This document shows positions 59,196 through 64,000 of a DNA stretch of 64,000 bases, piece by piece. A model generated the notes under the pieces. It was not told where the DNA came from. It did no database searches and saw only the letters and a program-made list of their open reading frames with translations. The stretch is from the human T2T-CHM13v2.0 reference genome, Homo sapiens, in the NCBI RefSeq assembly GCF_009914755.1, contig NC_060936.1; one strand, written 5' to 3'. The first letter of the stretch is position 1, and every line of letters starts with the position of its first letter. The position numbers and the translations under genes were made by a program.

Positions 59196-62100
59196 CCGAG
59201 GCTGCTGTGGGTCCAGCTTCCCCAGAGACCCCAGCCCTGGGCTCCGCCAGCACCACCCACCCCGCTCCAGCCCAGGGATGGAGCCGCCGCCTTCTCTCCT
59301 GGCCTCTGAGTTGCCTCCCAGCCCCCATCTGACTTCTCAGCTCTCCCGTCCCCTCCGTAACCCACTCCCTGCCTCAGTCTCCTGTGTGGTAAATACACGA
59401 GTTCTCCAGTGAGGCCCCAACTGCTGCATCCTTGGATTAATTTAAGGATCCAAGGACAGAGGCCAGAGAAGCCTGCATGGACCTGGGTATCAGACGCAGA
59501 AGTAATGGAGCATTAGTCACCTTAGTCACCACGTTCTCAGTCAGCGAGGTCAGGTGCACGTCCAGACCTGATGGACGCTCCTTCACAGGGACCTCCGGTG
59601 CGCAAACAGGACTCCATGGAGAGCAGCTCGGGGGCAAGGACAGGCTTCTCTAAAGCATGGTGAGGCACCACTGTCACTGAGGATGCACGGTCCTCTCCTT
59701 GCCCTGGAAGCAGAGAACGGGAATGTGCAGCCACAGTGAGTGTGCGACCAACCCCAGGCCAGCTCAGTCCCCTTACTTAAGTCCCTGAACAGCGGAGCCC
59801 TGACTGCCTCCAGCCAGGTTCTCCATCCACAGCCCCAGTATTTGGGTCTTGGAGCAGTGCTGACAGCCAAGATGGTGAGGGGGTAGCAGGAAGCTAGATG
59901 CGGAGCAGGCATTTCCCAGCCTGGCAGAACCATGGAGAGACCCCCCCCGGCCCCCACCGCCGCCACCAAGGGCAAAGTCAGAGCAGGACACAGTGGGTCG
60001 GGGTGGGGTTCCCAGGGTCCTGACCCTGAGGCAGCAGGACCCCAGGCACAGGCAGGACCCCACCTCCCCCCCTCCACCTGTAGGCTCCTCCTTTCTCCAG
60101 ACGCCCCTCAGCAAGGAAGAGCGGACCCAGACCGGTGGGTGCTATTTGCTCCAGACTCCCCAGCGCCTATGCGGCTGAACCCTAAGGATTCCCACGCGGC
60201 TCCAGAGGGACGTTTCCAAACACACGCCCAAGTCCTCCAGAAGGTGACTTGAAGATAAAAGTCCTAAATGAATGCAGAGCAGTTTCAACACATGAGTTCA
60301 CATACATGCTCCCAACTGTTTCTAAATGTTAGGGGAAATCCCAACCTTTGTCTTTGAAAAACACCAGAGTGTCTTGTTTGTGATTTTAAAACACTCAAAG
60401 ACAAATTGCCAGTTTGCCGTGTGTATTTCAAATCTACTTTCCGTTTATTTAATTTCTTGGCTTCTTTAACTTGAAGCTTCCCACCAGGGCTCCAAACCTC
60501 TTTCTTACTATCGAACAGTGTGACTACCCAGGCTGCTGAAGGCACCGCTTGTCATCTATCTAGAAATTACCTTCTCTGCATGTTGCCTGGAACTGTGGAG
60601 GGTTCACCATTATAAATTATAGTTCAAATTACAAAACAGGGCCCCTATTGATGATTTCAGGTTCTAAGTGTGTAATTATGGTGCTTTTGCTAATGACATA
60701 ATGAAGAGAGGTGATTATGTCATTAAAATGTGATGTTTTTTATATCCCGAAGAAGCTGCCTATGTGTCGTAATGAACGTCCTGGGTGTGGGGTCAGAGTG
60801 GGCTCTCCCTCGAGGACCCTGAGGCCATCCTACAGGGAAGAGTGGGGTTTTGTCCAGTGAAGTATTTGCTAGTCACAGGCTGCGCTGCTTAGTCCTGAGA
60901 ACGAGACACTTTCAGAGTTAATGCCACAAATATTGTTCTTCGGCTCAGTAATGTTAGGACGAAACAAACCCTTGTTATTCTAATTGTTTGAATTATCCAG
61001 TTGAGATCCTGGGCAGTCTTGTCCTGTTTAATGACTGACAATTAGGCTTCAATGGCGTTCACGTTGACGGGTGCTGGATCGCCCGGCTTGGGGCGTCTCA
61101 CGTGGCTTCAGCCCTGCCCTCCCTGCGGATCTGGCTCTGGTACCCACCGCGCTGAAGGAGGGAGCGTGGGAACACGTGAGCCTCTCTGCACAGGGAGGTC
61201 CCAGGACTGACACCGACACGGAATCTCCTCACCTTCCACGGGTCCCTCGGGTCCCCAAATCCAAACTCACGCCGGGAAGTACCTCAACGCACTTCCGCCC
61301 TGGCCCAGGCTGGACAAAGCCCAGGTGCTGCTGAGCTGGAAACTCGCTCTTCAATGACGTTCATCTTTTTCTGCGCCAATGACATCTTTATGGGGGAGGC
61401 ATTCAGTTATGCGCCCGAGGCTCAGCACCTCATGTGCAGTTGTGGGTCTGAGTCCTGGATAGAAGCTGGTGGAGGGTCTGGGGGTTTTGTTCACCCCACA
61501 CTGAAGGGCCCCGAGCACCTTCTCACCCACCCACCCACGGGGGTGTCATGAGTCCAGCCACAGGCCTGCCTGTGACTCCCAACAGTTTCAGAAGGAAATG
61601 AAATTTCAGGAGATTCAAGCAGTGATGGTGGGCGTATTCCACATTTCCTCCTTTTTTAACACAATGAAAATGTAATTATCCTCCCTTACAAGAACTCCCA
61701 GCCACTTGAAGGACTGTCAGCCCAGCTGTGCTGTGACGGTCACATATTCTTGTTTGCCTGTGCCTTTTCACTGTTTTCACAGAAGGAAGCCGAGTTTGAG
61801 CTAGTTCCATTTCACCATCAAAGGCAGGGCATGAGGAGCGATGGGGAGAGAAACGTGGATGCGAAGAGGCGCCTGCCGTCTGTGTTCTCACAAAGCCACA
61901 GAGCATGGACCTGCTCCCCCTACCCCCCAGCGCCACCCTGGCCTGGGTAGGTGACCGCAGTCTGGAGGAGGGGATGGGGACAAGGGAAAGCGGGGCGGGG
62001 ATCTGACCCAGGAGCAGCAAAGAGCAGGTCCTGACAATTCCCTGATTAACCGGCATGCAGCTAGACAGGGCAGGTCTCCATGGAGAAATACACGTGGCTT

Positions 62101-63627
62101 ATTTAATTAATCCTGAAAAGTAAGTTCCCCTGGCCTTGCCCCAAATCGGAGTCCCCCTTTTAACGATGAGAATAGATCATTGAATCAGATTTCATGAAGT
62201 CTGCTCAGATTTTTCTTATTGAATTCCATGAAGGTGTTACTTTCAGGACTCTGCCCCGGCGCCCATGGTTCAGGGACATCCTACATGCACTGGTTCCTGC
62301 TGCGGCACAGAAGGGCCCAGGGATGCCGTCTATGGGATTTCTGCTCTGAGACAGGCTGCCCCATCCACCTGTGCCCTCCGTGTGCCCCCACCCACCCCTG
62401 CTCCTCCCCTGCCCTCTCCATTAATCAGCGTGAACTGAGGACTCCACTCTTAATATTTAGCCAAATCAGGCATTTAAAAATGTCATTCTCCTGGGAGGAG
62501 ATCATTATTAAAAAGGGAATTAATTTATTCTAAAGCCAAATATAAATCCTCCGTCATCCATGGACTGCTCTTAGATTACTCATCTCCTGGTATCTTTTCC
62601 ACCGGGACGAGTGAATGAGCGAACCTAAGTGTGGGTGCACAGAGTGTCACCATATTCTGGAACTCGAGTTGTGTTTGGGTCTGTTTTTCTCTGCTTTTCT
62701 GATTGACTTTTCCTTGCTCTCGGCTGTGCCAGGCAGAGCTAATGTCCATGCATTTCACAAACACGGGAAAATTCAGAAGCTGTTCTTGCTAGGAGATGTG
62801 CCCGGAGAGGAAGATGCCAGCCAGGAAACAAAGCCAAGTGTTAAAGCCTCCTATTTGTCTAACTGCATAAGTAATGCACATTCATTACTCATAAAGGCAG
62901 GAAGGGGAGGGGGTCAGGAAATAATGACAGGCAAAGAAAGTAAACCCTATAAATTTGTATTATCAGGGACAAATCACTGTGAACAATTAGGATTGAATTG
63001 AATTTTTACCATCTTTTACAGTCTCACTTCTAAAAAGGCACACATAGAATGTAATAGGCGTAACCTTGTTTATACCTAGATGGGACCACTTTATAAACAA
63101 TATTTTGTCATCTACCAATTTCACTAGATTGCAGACACCATTGCTTCTAATTAACGCAGATCTGTGAGACCCGCTGATTTCTGCAGAGCACTCGTCTGCC
63201 TCCATCCTAAAGTTGAGACAGTTCCCTGTGTTCAGTTCTTAGGTTTTCCCAGTGTTTTTGCTATCTTGCACTGGGATGTAAGCAGTGTCCCTGGATGGCT
63301 CATGAACCCTCAGCACAGTCCCTGGCAGTGGAGTGGGCACTGTGCCTGATGACACTATGACCATCCTCCCCAGGTGGCCCCTGTTTCCATCACAGGGCTG
63401 AGAGGGGCTCTGGAAAGTTCCCTGGACCCCCTTCTCTGCCCACGAGCTTCTCTGCCACATCTGGTTAGATCTAAGAGGGAAATGGGACAGGAGCCCTAGA
63501 GGGGCTTTCAGGCTGCAGGACAAGGCCCTGTTGTCCCAAATGTCCACCCCTGGCAACTGTCAGCTCTCCTCCCAGCCAGGGGGCAGCCCCAGGGAAGAGC
63601 CCAGGCAATGTCCTCTCCTTGGGCTTT

Positions 63628-63765
63628 ATTATTAACTGAAGAAAAAGGGGTGGCCTTTAAAGACTTTTTAAGATGAGGAAAAAATAAGTCAGAAGGAGCC
63701 AAATCAGGACTGAAAGGTGGACGCCTGATGATTTCCCAGGGATGCTCTCAAGATTGCCCTGGTTT
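63628..63765 (-). mobile_element. Hsmar2 mariner transposase pseudogene fragment
   Basis: The minus strand encodes TRAILR-(frameshift)-WEIIRRPPFSPDLAPSDLFFPHLKKSLKATPFSSVNN, i.e. the mariner YSPDLAPxD motif. Confidence 0.88.
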
Positions 63766-64000
63766 GGCCAGGCGTGGTAGCTCACGCTTGTAATCCCAGC
63801 ACTTTGGGAGGCTGAGGTGGGTGGATCACGAGGTCAGGAGTTTGAGACCAGCCTGACCAACATGGTGAAACCTCATCTCTACTAAAAATACAAAAATTAA
63901 CCAGGCATGGTGGTGGGTGCCTGTAATCCCAGCTACTCAGGAGGCTGAGGCAGGAGAATCACTTGAACCTGGGAGGCAAGGTTGTTTGCAGTAAGCCAAG
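63766..64000 (+). mobile_element. AluSg-like SINE abutting the Hsmar2 fragment; cut by the window end
   Basis: GGCCAGGCGTGGTAGCTCACGC...GGATCACGAGGTCAGGAG. Confidence 0.93.

Noticed and set aside
62100-63030. Possible lncRNA splice sites (GTAAGT near 62120; TTTTACAG at 63020), plus donors at 1621, 10231 and 20072
   Set aside because: Isolated consensus matches; no coherent exon chain can be supported without transcript data.

Overview
Primate (very probably human) genomic DNA. It is GC-rich, repeat-dense and non-coding, either intergenic or deep intronic, with subtelomere-like character. I can support no protein-coding exon, tRNA, rRNA or CRISPR array, and the longest ORFs are artefacts of tandem repeats. 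Recognisable interspersed repeats include Alu/FLAM, MIR, L2, old L1M, MaLR (MST/THE1/MLT1), ERV1 and ERVL solo LTRs (LTR8, LTR9, MER4B, MER31, MER21, LTR33 and others), hAT remnants and an Hsmar2 mariner fragment. There is an unusual number of tandem arrays: two (TCCA)n tracts, a (GAT/GGT)n tract, a 1.5 kb 31-bp CpG-rich VNTR, a 10x58-bp VNTR, a 3x76-bp repeat split by an AluSp, and a 22-bp repeat. The most notable observations are: (i) several arrays appear to be born from old transposon sequence, most clearly the 58-mer carved from a GC-shifted L1 ORF2 segment that has an AT-rich homologue elsewhere in this window; (ii) old elements are locally shifted from AT to GC; (iii) several repeat-free AT-rich islands carry PBX/MEIS/homeodomain/FOX/SOX motifs, some as inverted pairs, and resemble developmental enhancers. 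I found no convincing new biological system. Family names come from remembered consensus sequences, boundaries of old elements are approximate (tens of bp), and I could not establish the chromosomal locus.
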